The notes beneath the pieces are model-generated. The model saw only the letters and a program-made list of their open reading frames with translations, made no database searches and was not told the origin of the DNA. Below are positions 25,801-37,745 of a DNA stretch of 64,000 nucleotides, piece after piece. This DNA is from Hemiscyllium ocellatum (taxonomy: Eukaryota): assembly GCF_020745735.1 (NCBI RefSeq), contig NW_026867481.1, positions 475,291 through 539,290 of the forward strand, given 5' to 3'. The translations under genes and the position numbers were made by a program. How positions within the stretch are numbered: position 1 is the first letter of the stretch; each line of letters begins with the position of its first letter.

Positions 25801-26300
25801 TTGTTTCAACGATTTTCTGAAATCCATATCAACTCCATTAAGTCCAATTTACAATTCTACGTTCCCTGTCACCTCTTCAAAACAGTCAACCTATTTGATA
25901 TGACGGGCCTCAGTCAAAACCATATTAGCTATTCCAGATAAAAAAAAACTTGCCTCTCTGAGTAGAATGTATTTCTGTCATTCAGAATACTTTTCATTGT
26001 GGCACTCGATACTCTGCTGCTTCCTGGTATAGCCAAGCCATATCTCTTGAAAATTTGGCATGACACGAGCTGTCCTCTAGTCCTCTAGTACCTGTTCTGT
26101 TACCAGAGTGGAAGTACAAGTTATGGTCATTACTCTTTGATTTTCTTTCTCATTTCCCACTGCAGACTGGGATATAATTCATCCGGACCTTGGATTTCCT
26201 CTCTGACTTCACACATTGAAATGTCACTTATCTCAAAAATAAACTGAGTATGAGCATTAATTCAGACAGTCTGTAACAGAAGTCAGTTCGAGTCACTTAC

Positions 26301-26353
26301 CTGCTGTGACAGTCACCACGGTCCCGGATCCATCCACAGTACCGTATTTGCCA
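26301..26353 (-). CDS. NAR-TCR J segment
   Basis: GKYGTVDGSGTVVTVTA+G|gtaagt; IgNAR-type J end (xGxGTVVTV); upstream RSS. Confidence 0.9.
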
Positions 26354-26392
26354 CACAGTGACCACTCTCTTACTCAGCCCAGAACAATAACT
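26354..26392 (-). other. 23-RSS of the NAR-TCR J
   Basis: Plus strand CACAGTG (26354-60), 23-nt spacer, ACAATAACT (26384-92). Confidence 0.9.
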
Positions 26393-26694
26393 ACTGGAAG
26401 CTTATTCTGACAGCCACATGTTGCAAAACATTCCTCTCTGCCTCGAATTATTCAAAGGATTTCGATTACTTAATAATACTTCATATTTGTTGCATTCTAT
26501 TGATTCGAACAGTAATTTATGTTACTCTGGGATCTTAGCAAGGTGACCCAGGAACACTTCATGAAAATGGAGAAAATTGGCGCACAAAGATAATAGAAGA
26601 AGGAAATTTTGAGGATTTTTTTTTCCAAGGTCAACAAGTCTAATGCAGTCAATATACAATTGGGAGAGCAAACAATATGCTTTAATTGCACTGT

Positions 26695-26767
26695 GGTATT
26701 TGTTCAATTCTCATCCACTGTGGGTTCCAAATACTTGTACACAGTGTTTCAAGTCAACATTAAAACC
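26695..26767 (-). other. NAR-TCR D segment (17 nt, 26739-26723) flanked by two 12-RSS
   Basis: Minus strand GGTTTTAAT-12-CACTGTG | TACAAGTATTTGGAACC | CACAGTG-12-ACAAATACC; all three frames open (YKYLE, TSIWN, QVFGT). Confidence 0.9.
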
Positions 26768-27093
26768 TCAGGTACTTTCGATTTATGGAGAAAATAATTA
26801 AAAAGTGGAGACTGATTTTCAATTTTGCAGTTCGTAGCATTCAATCCTAATTTGTGCTTTGGACTCCAAACTGTGTTCACCTTTCCCAACATTCACACAT
26901 TGAGTCCAATCACAATAAAACAAATCAACATCTGTCAAAACTCAGCTGTTCCAAATTGCAGATGTTATTACCAATAAAACAGTAGCATTAGAAATAAGAA
27001 CATGGCGCAAATGGTGCAGGGGAGAAGAAAGTGTGTTGTTATCAACAGAACAACTGTACTTTTTCATTTGTTTTTGCGAAAATCTCGGTGGGT

Positions 27094-27132
27094 TGTTTTT
27101 GTATTGCACTTTTATTCGGCCGTCACTCTGTG
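27094..27132 (-). other. 23-RSS of the NAR-TCR V
   Basis: CACAGAG-23-ACAAAAACA. Confidence 0.9.
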
Positions 27133-27420
27133 TGTTGTCGTAGTAATGTGCTTTACAGTAATATGTGCCAGTGTCTTCAATTCTTACGTCCTGAATCTCC
27201 AGTGAAAAAGTCTTTTCTTCTTTAACCATCCGTACAACAAATCTCCCTCCGTTAAAGATCCGCATCCGCTCTGATCTGCCCTGGGTTTGCTTGAGAAAAT
27301 ATCCATCTTGGAAACGATAACCCCAGTTGTGACCGTAATAAACACAGGTGATGCTGAGAGACTGACATTCCTTCATGGTCACCACTGCCGGGGTTTGTGT
27401 CACCGACTGACTGAAAGCAC
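27133..27420 (-). CDS. NAR-TCR (IgNAR-like) V exon, open
   Basis: ttccag| acceptor; AFSQSVTQTPAVVTMKECQSLSITCVYYG...GYFLKQTQGRSERMRIFNGGRFVVRMVKEEKTFSLEIQDVRIEDTGTYYCKAHYYDN; short NAR-type domain, extra FR1 Cys. Confidence 0.9.
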
Positions 27421-27574
27421 CTGGAAATTAATCAAGGGGAAATTAGAAAATAATTCGACAAAGAAAAGCAAAAAAATAACGTTGCTAATCTGGCGTCTAT
27501 GTCAGCGAAAGGCATGTTCATGCGCAACATTATATTGATTGAAAGTAATGTCAGTTAATTTCATCAGTACTCAC

Positions 27575-27617
27575 AGGGTAGCCAGATATAGAGGATGAAA
27601 ATAATAAAGATTTCCAT
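27575..27617 (-). CDS. Leader exon of the NAR-TCR V
   Basis: MEIFIIFILYIWLP+T|gtgagt, 154-nt intron, phase 1 joins to give Cys. Confidence 0.9.
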
Positions 27618-28789
27618 GTTTCAGCCGCCTCGAGCTGCTGGTTTGTATGACGGGTCGGTGAACTCTGCAGCCCAGAACTATACAAGGAGACTAAATCTCG
27701 GATTTGGGCTGAAACGCACAGAAGATTCGAATAGCTCTCCACAGGAAACTTTGGTGAAATTATTGATGAGGTGCGTGGTTATCAGTGTCAAATGATGTAT
27801 TGTGTAAATACTGAAAGGTTTAAAAAGGAATTATGCAGCATTCTGTGAAACGGATAAAAATATCTCTCCCAAGTTAGGCACTGGGGAGGGGCTTGCTGAA
27901 TGGGTGAATGCAGCCACCTTAATTTCCACTACACGATCGAGGCGAGAGAACGATTCTGACCCGTTTATTGGGTGGGGTGTGATCCGAAAGTCGACCCATC
28001 AGCTCAGTGATTGGTCAATCTACTGGCAAATGGAAACAAAATGCATAGAAAATAAACTCTCTCTGTCGTGTTAACCTATCCTGTATCCTTCTCTAATGTA
28101 GATGGCATTTGGCACGCAGTTTCCACTGAGTATTGACTGATTTCGACTTCCTCATTATACACACTTTTCAGCTGCAGTGACAGAACATAAAGTGGAAACT
28201 GGAAGGACACAAATGTTTTGGGTAGCTGTTTTACATTATCTTTGTTGGACTAAGCTTTGCCTCAGCTTTATAGCATTGGACTCTATATCATACTTTTGTT
28301 CTCCCTCCATTAAAGCAGACGTTGGCATCGTTCTGATTGCAGTTGGTTCTGCCTCATAAATTGTTGTAATAGAGCATGTGTCACTTTACATTCCATCAAC
28401 AATGGTCTGGGCTGGACATGTGGTCATAATCAAACACAGACAAATAATTTAAGAGTACTGTGATCTTATAAATGAGAATAAGATGGATCATTTTTGAGGA
28501 GCTAGCTTGCATTTTATTGCACCTTCAATGTTTTGCAAAATTAAGTGAGTTATATCACATTTTGTAACTGTTATGAATGAACTATATCTTTCGAATTGAA
28601 GCATTATTACATAAAGACATCCACATTTTGAAAAAATTAGCTTCTCATAATAAAATTTGTAGTGAAGAAGCCAATGGAAATAGTCGAAGATGGGACATGA
28701 ATATCACTTGCAAACACGACATGTATCCTGGGAGATGTTTTCTGAAGCGACTTTCTGTACTGACTGTGGTGCACATAGAAAGTGAGAGG

Positions 28790-31080
28790 TAATGCAAGTC
28801 AAAACCACTTGCATTGTTTCAACCCGCATAGTTTTGTAATCCGTCTGAAAGTTGAAAACCTGTCCTTCACGCTCAGCTGAGCAACAACGCTAGACTGATT
28901 TGCGGGAATGATTTCAGTCAAGTGATTGAACTGTCGGTTTGTGATAGTTTTGGGAATTGTGCCCACAACGTTGCAAAGTTTATAGTCGTCATGGAAAAGG
29001 ATAAGAATGGTGCAGATGTTGCAGATCGAAACTGGAGGAGAGCTAAGCTCAACATCATGAGACTGGAAATGGCAAACAAGACTGGGAGCAACCACTTGCT
29101 GGTAGGGCTGAATTTGGAATTTTGGAGATCTTTCAAAAGTAGTTTGATGAGAATTTTGGCACACTGTGCTCCTCTAAGAGTGGAGGGTAAGGGTAACATG
29201 TTCAGGGACCCCTGGATGCTAAGGGAAATCACTAGAGACAAAAAAAACCCTGCAGGTGCTGTAATCCAAAAGTAGAAAAGCAGGAGGCTGGAAAACACAG
29301 CAAGACAAGAGGAGGAGAAGAAAACCTTTCTGGGTATAACCCTTCTTTAGAACTCGGAGCGGGGTTGAATTCCGAAGAAAAGTTATACCCGAAGCATTGA
29401 CTTCCTCCAACTCTTGACGCTGCAAGAGATATAATTGCTTGTACAGCAGAAGAAGGAAGTATACATCAGTTCATTTTCATTTAAAAAAAAACTGATGAAA
29501 ATCCCTTCAGATACATATTTGTGTGCATGTCTGGTCACAGGTATCTTGCTAAAAAAAAGAAGTTGCGAGGACAAACAGGGTCGACAAAATATCTTTCGTA
29601 ATTCAGATCATGGAAGATCCCAAGGCATTTTGCACATCCATTAAGAGTAAGAGGAATTCCAATGAATGAGCGGTGCCTACTACAAATAATGGGACAATCT
29701 CTCCGTGGAACCAGTGGACGGGGTTAGGACTTAAACGACTACTTCTCAACCCTCTTGACGGGAAGGAAGACATTGTTGCTGGGAATTTCAGAAGTGATGC
29801 TGACTTTCTAGTAAACGTTGTGGTTTATGAATAAGAAGGGTACGAATTTATAAGCGACCATAAAGGTGCACAGGTTCCCAGGGCCTGACCATTTTCACCT
29901 CAGGCTGCCACGTGACTCAAGGAAAGAGTTTGCTGGGGAGTCTGGCGGATGGACTGAATATTTCCCTGGCCACAGGTGAAGTAACAGAAAATTGAATACT
30001 AGATAATGTGGTTCCTTTGATAAATAAAAGGAGGCGTAGTTAAGCAGAAAATTACAGGCCAGTTCGTCCGACGACAGTGGTGAAAAGATATTGAATAACC
30101 TCTGAGGGTGAATATTAATCCCATTTGGAAATGCAGGATTTGATCAGGGTAATTTGCACTGATTTGTTAGCAGAGACTATGTCCGATCAATTTAGTTGAG
30201 ATTTGTTTTTTGAAAAGCTGTCGAAATGTATTGAGGAAGCTACTGCAGTCGATGTGGTTTCCATGGACTTCAGTAAGGCATTTGACAAGATACTCACACG
30301 AAACGTTCGTATAAAAGACAAGAATCCATGATATGCAAGGCGAGGTGTCAAAGTAGATCTACCATTGAGTTGCAAAATAAGTTTAAAGGTAAAGGTGAAT
30401 CATTGTTTTATGACTGAAAGCTTGTGACCAAGGGCGTACCACGGGGATCGGTGCTGGTACCATTCCTCTTTGTTTGTACATTAACGACCTGTATTTGAAT
30501 GTAGAAGGCATAATAAGTGGATTAGCCGATGAAACGAAAATTGGTGATACTATTGATAGTTTTTTCATTGATATCGTACTCTTAAATTACAGTTTGATAT
30601 TGATACACTGATAAATTGGGCAGAACAACGCTATATCAAATTTAATCATGGTAAGTTCGAGATGATTGGTTTCGGAAGGTCGAATAAGGGAAGGATCGAC
30701 ACAATGGATGATAGGTTCAGAGGGAGTATTTAGGAACAAAGAGACGTTGGTCCACAAGTCCATAGATTACTGAAGAATTCAACACGGGGAGGCAGCATAG
30801 TGAAGAAAGAAAACAATATGCAAGTTTTATTTCACTGAGCGTGTAGAAACAACAGCCAGGAAGTCTTCTCAGAATTTTATACAAGAATGCTTAGCCCACA
30901 GATGTAGTAATATTGTCGTTCTGTTTGCCACACTATGGCAACGACTCAAAACACATTGGAAACGATATAAAGGAGATTCACCAGGAATTTGCCTGGGATG
31001 AAAAGCCTGATTTAGTGTGTTGTTTTCCTTTGAGCAAACAAACTGAAGGTCAAACACAATCACATTATAATTTCTATGAC
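28790..31080 (+). mobile_element. Decayed CR1-type LINE (EN end to RT/C-terminus)
   Basis: DSFGNCAHNVAKFIVVMEKDK; DVVSMDFSKAFDK; GVP.GSVL.P..F; many stops. Confidence 0.8.
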
Positions 31081-34000
31081 ACCTCGATTATGGAGTTAGC
31101 AATTTATCCAACCGAGATGTAGCTTCATAATTCAGTCCAGACACTATCCTGGAAACATTCTCTGAACCCGTTCACAAATTTCTTTATGCTTGTTTGATTT
31201 TGCGAGTCTCCGCAAAAAATGCCATCAGTTTTGAGGCAATGTGTAGACACTGGTGAAGATGGGAAGAATGCAAAATAAAGAAAGCTTTTTGGAGTGAGAT
31301 ATAATTCTACGTCACTGTACATAACTTAATAACTTTGAATGTGTAAGGGCAGACCTGTTCTCAAAAAAAAATGCTGGAAACAGAAAGCCTGCTGTGAGAC
31401 AGGAACCAACAATAAACAACCGACAGAGAAACAGCATTCGGGGAAAAAATATATTACATTTGTATTTGTAAACAGGTCGCTGAATAGTAATGTCCTTTCT
31501 TTTAAACTCAGTCACTGGGTCAATTTTCCCAACTTCTGGGATTTAGTTCGTCAGTGTTTGATTCACAAAATGGTAACAAAACGGCGATTGACACACATAC
31601 CAGTTATAATTGTACAAAGGGTAAGAGTGGTTCATTGGTTGGAACAATTTCTCGTCACTATAAAAACCAAAGTGTTCTTCAGAGATCAGTGATGTGCCTT
31701 TTTCATCCAAAGACGCCATTTCATTTAGGTTCTCCAACAATGACTTAAATGAGAGTACAACCATCCTGGAACACGTACTAATGACATTGCGTGTCAATTT
31801 AGTACAAATGAGAGCAGCAGTTCAAGAATTCAGCTCAGCACTGCGATCGTAGGAGCAAATAGAAAAGAATAATAAATATTGGCCCAGCCAACGCCATCCT
31901 CATTCTATGTATGCATGATTTAAAAGGCTCCCTCTCTCAATCAATGAAGCATTTTGAAAATTACTCTGTTAGTGTTATAACATAATTGAAACAACAGGTC
32001 TCCATTTGAACATTAATTGCAAGGTCTCAATATAACTAGTTATATTTTACCATCGGTTGCATGCCATTAAGACATTGCGGGTCCATTTACACTTTGATAG
32101 TGTTACAAATTATACAACACCAGATTACAATCAAAACTGGTGTTGTGCGATTTTTAACATAGTATACCCAGTCTAACACTCTAAATCATCACTTTGATAA
32201 CATTCGAGTCATTTACCCACAGTAAACGTGGCAGTGCCAAAGAACAGTTTAGTTTCCACCATTGTAATTTAGAAGAAATTGGCCCTAGAAAGCTTTGGAA
32301 AGTACAATATCAAAACATTCAATTCAAATAATAGAATCATAAACCGCCGACAAAGACTGCAAAAGGATCCGTACATCCATATTTGTATCTTAGGATGTTA
32401 GTGTTAAGCGGAGAAAAGTGCTATTGAAAATGTTGAAATTGCACCGGCCACACTGAGACATGCAAGCATTAAAGTGGAAGACCAGGGATGTTGTTTGAAG
32501 AAACTAAACAGATAAACTGTTGTATTGACACATTTAGTGAGAGGGGTTGAAGATCCAACGAAAAAACTAATTTCAGTTAATGAGATAACTGGGGAGATAA
32601 AAAGACGAAAGTAGAAGAACGACTGTGTTGAAAAAATTCTCAGTTTTATCAGATAAGGGGAAAATGTATACTGGTGACGTGCAATTCGCAGTAGATAAAA
32701 GGGAGCAAGGTTTGATATCATGGAGATGTGTTACCAACACAATGGAGATTTGATGCAGTTGACGTATGAGCCATGCAGCTGCTCCTAAACTTCTATACTC
32801 ACCGGACACGCTGATTGCTGCAAGGTTCAGATAGTAAATGGCAAAAATCAGACCCTTTATATTTCATGTATTTATATCCAGAAGCTCCTGATGCTCACTG
32901 CAAAATGATCACGTTCATACATGCTAGTACGTCTTCCAGAATAAAATAATTCGATGTTTGATCTTTTATATAAAATAAATTCATTGAAAGAAAGCAATAA
33001 GTGCAGCTGCTTCTGAGCGAATGTTGCTGCCAAAATGGATAAATTATGCTGTTAATAAACATGGCCAAAAGGTTAAAGAGGTTTAGACTCTAAGCACTGG
33101 AGTTCAGAAGAATAAGAGTGATCTTATTAAAACATATACAGGTCTTAAGGGTAAATGCTGACAGAAAGTGTCCATACATGGGAGACTCTCGGACAAGAGT
33201 GAATAGCCGCAGAATAAAGGGTTGCCAATTTAACAGAGAGATGATTGAGAATTTCTTTTCTCAGAGATCTGCCAGACTTTCGAAATTTGTCATATAGAGC
33301 TGTGTGGGCACAGTTCCATTAATAGTTGCAGTTGATTTATTTCGAAATGTTTACTTGATTGCTGATCGTCATAAGAATATGTATTACTTCATTATGTGAC
33401 GGTTTTTAAAATTCTATTGCTTCATGAGAGATGAGTTTTGCTGTGCAAAACACGTTCTTGCTCTGTCATAATAATCCTTGAACTGTCTGCCGAGCAAAAT
33501 TATTAAATGAATTTAAGTTCAACCAGGCGATCTGTCCACAGAAAGTTCTTCTGTGATTCTGAATTGGTAGTGAAGCATTATTACCATTACACCGCCATCT
33601 ACGATTGCAGTCTAAATTGTAAATAGTGATGTTGTCTGTCTGTGCATCAGCAGTTCCATTGAATATTATACTACTTGCTGCTCCGACTTGGATGCACCGT
33701 GAAACATTGTTCAAACCTGTTCAGTAGAAATTGAACTGATATTCAGAAATGCTATTTTCCCTGCTTAAACTTCGAGCTGGGTAAGATTGAACAATTCTGG
33801 AGCTATTGCTAAAGTTGTAGAGTTTCAAATTTTTGCAAGTAATATCTTCCATGTTTGGAGAGCATTTCACAAGCATTTCAGGAAAACAAACTTTTCTAGA
33901 AAAGCTCAGTAGGTCTACCTATCTATCTACTTTCCTATCTATCGATCATCTTTCCATTATAAAGTAGATGTCGCTTTTGTTCATTATGTACTTTACTGTG

Positions 34001-34219
34001 GAACAGGCAGAGAGACTGACTTAATGTGATTCTCTACAATTGATTATGGTCATCCGAATTTAGAAATGTATCCATCTGGAAGTATAAGTTTTGGAAAGTA
34101 AGATTGCTGAAAACACTGGCATTTATAACATTCTTCTTTTGGCGATAGTTTAATGGGAGCCAGGGAGACATCACAATACAAGATAGTATATGGCCAGATC
34201 CACTGCTTGTTTCATCGTT

Positions 34220-34628
34220 CCTGTATCGTACAATACGATGGTGTTCCTCAACCACGTTGCCGTGTATTGAAAATGTTTTGGACTTCTTTCCCGTCTCAAA
34301 TGAGATTAGGCAGTGTCCAGAAATCATGTTCGACTGGTGTATGTAGCCTGTAAATGTCGGAGGCCCATCAGTGTTTCCCGATACCAGACTCCTTTTTATA
34401 CCAGCACCAAAGCCGAGTCAACATTCCAATATAACCGGTTCCCCTTCCACAGATTGCAGCTGTTTAGCCTTTGAGCTCTGCACCTCACAGTGACCCGCTG
34501 TAACAAAAGAAACACATCTCAAACATTACGTGGTATGGGGGGATGGGCAAAACAAGGTGTCTTATCAGTAAACTAAACTTGCACAGTGTCAAGAACATCA
34601 AAACTCCAAATGAAAAAGAAGTGTTCAT
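34220..34628 (-). pseudogene. Divergent antigen-receptor V pseudogene (family uncertain; Ig-like/TAILV candidate)
   Basis: Leader MNTSFSFGVLMFLTLCKF (34628-34574), 76-nt intron; exon GHCEVQSSKAKQLQSVEGEPVILEC*...VWYRE...GPPTFTGYI...ISFETGKKSKTFSI...E(D)T; decayed RSS AACGATG-23-ATACTATCT whose spacer resembles that of RSS1. Confidence 0.7.
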
Positions 34629-34879
34629 AGGGCATTGCAAGTCTTCCTGCTCATGACGATGAAGATTGACAATGGTGTATCAATCAGGCTCAGCTTTTCA
34701 GGAGAGCACATCCTGTCAACAACAAAAAAAAACCTCAGTGATGGCAATGGGGAGAAGTTTAAGTTCAGTGAGACAAACATTCCCAACAAACCCGATTATT
34801 ATGCTGTGTTGACACCAGACATGACACGAAATCACACACAGGGATTTGTTATCTCCAACGACAGGATTTTTCAAACCCC

Positions 34880-35009
34880 NNNNNNNNNNNNNNNNNNNNN
34901 NNNNNNNNNNNNNNNNNNNNNNNNNNNNNNNNNNNNNNNNNNNNNNNNNNNNNNNNNNNNNNNNNNNNNNNNNNNNNNNNNNNNNNNNNNNNNNNNNNNN
35001 NNNNNNNNN
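34880..35009. other. Assembly gap
   Basis: Run of N. Confidence 1.
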
Positions 35010-35113
35010 AAGCACGCTATGTTTTAGCGGTTTGATTTTTACATGGAGACATGATCTTGGTCATGTTTTGAACTATAACTTCTCATTTAGATTTACAGAA
35101 TCCAACTAAATGT

Positions 35114-35419
35114 TTAGATTAGATTAGATTACTTACAGTGTGGAAACAGGCCCTTCGGCCCAACAAGTCCACACCGACCCGCCAAAGCGCAACCCACCCA
35201 TACATTTACCCCTTACCCAACACTAAGGGCAATTTAGCATGGCCAATCCATCTGACCCGCTCATCTTTGGACTGGGGGAGGAAACAGGAGCACCCGGAGG
35301 AAACCCATACAGACACGGGGAGAACGTGCAAACTCCACACAGTCTGTCGCTTGAGTCGGGAATTGAACCCGGGTCTCAGGCGCTGTGAGGCAGCAGTACT
35401 AACCACTGTGCCACCGTGC
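35114..35419 (-). mobile_element. HE1-type SINE, full length
   Basis: Reverse complement has head gcacggtggcacagtggttagtactgctgcctcacagcgcc and (aatct)n tail. Confidence 0.9.
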
Positions 35420-35942
35420 AGCCAGTTTAATTGAATATGAATAAAGGAAACAAAATTTGTGATTCTCTGTTCAGTCCAGTCATAGTGAAAATTCTCCTAC
35501 GGCCTTCACGTCACCGGCTGGCCAAACAGATTTGCGATTTACTTGTCCACTCCATTAAAATCGGCATGCATTCCCAAGACTGATGTATGTTTATTAAAAG
35601 GATTTGGGCGTTGAAAATATTTGTTGTCTCTCCCTGAGGCCAGGAGCGCAGATAACAGTCAACCACATTGTTGTGGGTTGGGAGTGATGTATGGACCTGC
35701 AAATATGAGTTCACTAGTTTCCTTCCCTCAAGGACATTAGATGATTTCATTATTTGGATGGTATTCACTGAAATGCTTTTTAGGCAGAGAGGATGTCTGC
35801 TTCAATGACAGGTAATCTCAGCGGGGAGAGCTGGAGATCAATACAAAAAGACAGAAACAAAGAGACACTGATAAACTCAGATAAGAACCAGAAGAAGTTA
35901 CTGTCTGTGGTGTCACTTCTTCGCACGTAGCTGTCATCTATT

Positions 35943-36522
35943 ATGGCAAAACATTCAGTTCTGAATTTAGATGACGCCTTCAGCACCTTAGTAAGCGAAG
36001 ACTGACTCTGGTTACACTTTCATATCAGAATAAGAGTGTCAACACGTTTCGTATTTTCTTTCAAAACATAAAGCGGATGTCTTTTTTATATTCCTCGCCA
36101 ATGATAGTGAGCTTTCAGATGAATTCGTTGTTTCTTTTTAAAATTGCGTGTGCTTCTCAGAGAATGCTTTTATTCCCTGACGAGTGCAACATTTTGCACT
36201 TGTCTCAGAGGAAGGAGTGGCAATATTTCAGTGTCACACAATTCACCTGAATTATTGTCACAGTTACTTGAAAACCTATGCCAGTGGAACTCTAATTTGG
36301 TACATTCAGTATCTCCCAGAAATCCTGTGATATTTGCTGAAGATACATGGAAGGTAATTATAATCCTCCAGAAACACAAAACAGATTGTCTTTTTAATTT
36401 CACACTGGGAATAAAATGTTTATTTTAAGAATCGTCGTGCTCTTAAACAAAAATAGCCATATATGTTTGTGCCGTGAAGCTCACACGCTGATGCAAAAAG
36501 AGAGAAGATCATGACCAAACAA
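35943..36522 (+). pseudogene. TCR alpha/delta V pseudogene in inverted orientation
   Basis: Leader remnant with gtaagc donor at 35991; ctcag| acceptor at 36160; VSEEGVAIFQC...LIWYIQYLPEIL*YLLK...NRLSF*FHTGNKMFILRI...AIYVCAVK; RSS CACGCTG-23-ACCAAACAA (36484-36522). Confidence 0.8.
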
Positions 36523-37454
36523 TTAGCTTATGAATTCTCGGAGTGTACGCTAGATGGGGTTCTCATACTACTGCAACGTCACAAAACCTCAGTGTCCACA
36601 ATACAAGTCAGTTCTGTCAAAAATGACAGAATGACTTCATCCTTATTTATGCATGAAACATTTATTCCTTCGCAGTAAACCTCGAGTTCATTCTCGAATG
36701 TTTCAGCATAATATCTGCCAATGTAATCTGGCAACACAAACGAAAGGGTTTACAGATCCTACTTGACGCAGATTTGATGTACAACCATAGCAGTCGTGTA
36801 CTTATTGAATGGTGGAATTGACATATGTGCAAACCCCACAATTGCACAACCGTACAAGTCATAAAATCTACTTATATCAGTATCCAATTCAAATGCATTG
36901 CTTTTCTTCCAGATAATGGCTGCAAGTACAGATCAGCTGATGGTTGTTCTTTATTAGAGTTTAATTGATCATCAGAAATAGTGAGCTTCAGCCAATATGA
37001 TCGACTCCACATCACATATGTTATGTATGAATGCACTGCACAAGCATTTTGGATCCTGACAACATTCCAGCAACATTCGAAGACGAAAGAATTGTGCTCG
37101 TAAATATGCAGATATTATGCTAAAAAGCTCGACAATAAAATCCAAGCTTCTAACAAAGTAGCAACGGAGGCCTCATTGTTCATTTTACGAACGTAAAGCA
37201 TCGGTTCTACTGCAGGTCATTCAATTTAAAAAGCTAATAGATGGGATGTAGGAGGGTACACTTAGCTACGAGCTCCATTGACTGATCTGCCCATCAGCTT
37301 TCAGTCAGTTCTGTTAATGTGCGTATTATATGCTAAGATTATAAAAGCAAATCGATGAACTTGTTTTCTGAACATAACATAACTATTCCCCTAGTTAAGC
37401 TGACGACGGGGCAGTTCTCAATAATGTGCAGCATTGTTAATGTCTCTCTTTCAG

Positions 37455-37745
37455 TGTCCCATGGAATTGTCGTTTCACAACGACGACTCCAGCCATGAAA
37501 GACCAAGGCCTGCAATGTGTTGGATGGATCTTATCACAAGTAAAGTAATATTGACAGATTTTTTTCTCATATCTGAATCCGACGGAGACTGTTCGTGGAG
37601 CTTCCCAGGAAGATTGCTGCAGAAGGAGGGCCAGGATAAATGATAAATAGTACAGAGACTGAAAATGTCTTTCTGGGAAGGATAAGTGAGGTGCATCATA
37701 GACATTATCAACCAGCTCATGGTTCTCACCTGTCCGTAATTGTAT
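37455..37745 (+). pseudogene. Possible heavily decayed V relic (NAR-like FR1)
   Basis: Strong acceptor tctctttcag|; across frameshifts VSHGIVVSQ..TPAMKDQGLQCV and ENVFLGRISEV resemble the NAR V FR1/FR3; no YYC or RSS. Confidence 0.3.

Noticed and set aside
25960-26070. TFHC...SWYSQA on the plus strand in the J-V intron
   Set aside because: No FR3, no splice site and no RSS.
26689-26695. Extra CACAGTG overlapping the D 3' nonamer
   Set aside because: No nonamer at 12 or 23 nt spacing.
34487-34515. CACAGTG followed by ACAAAAGAA on the plus strand
   Set aside because: Spacer is 10 nt, and it is the antisense of the V pseudogene acceptor region.
36676-36830. ILEC...VIW..KRKGLQILL Ig-like frame
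   Set aside because: Truncated, no second Cys motif or RSS; too weak.
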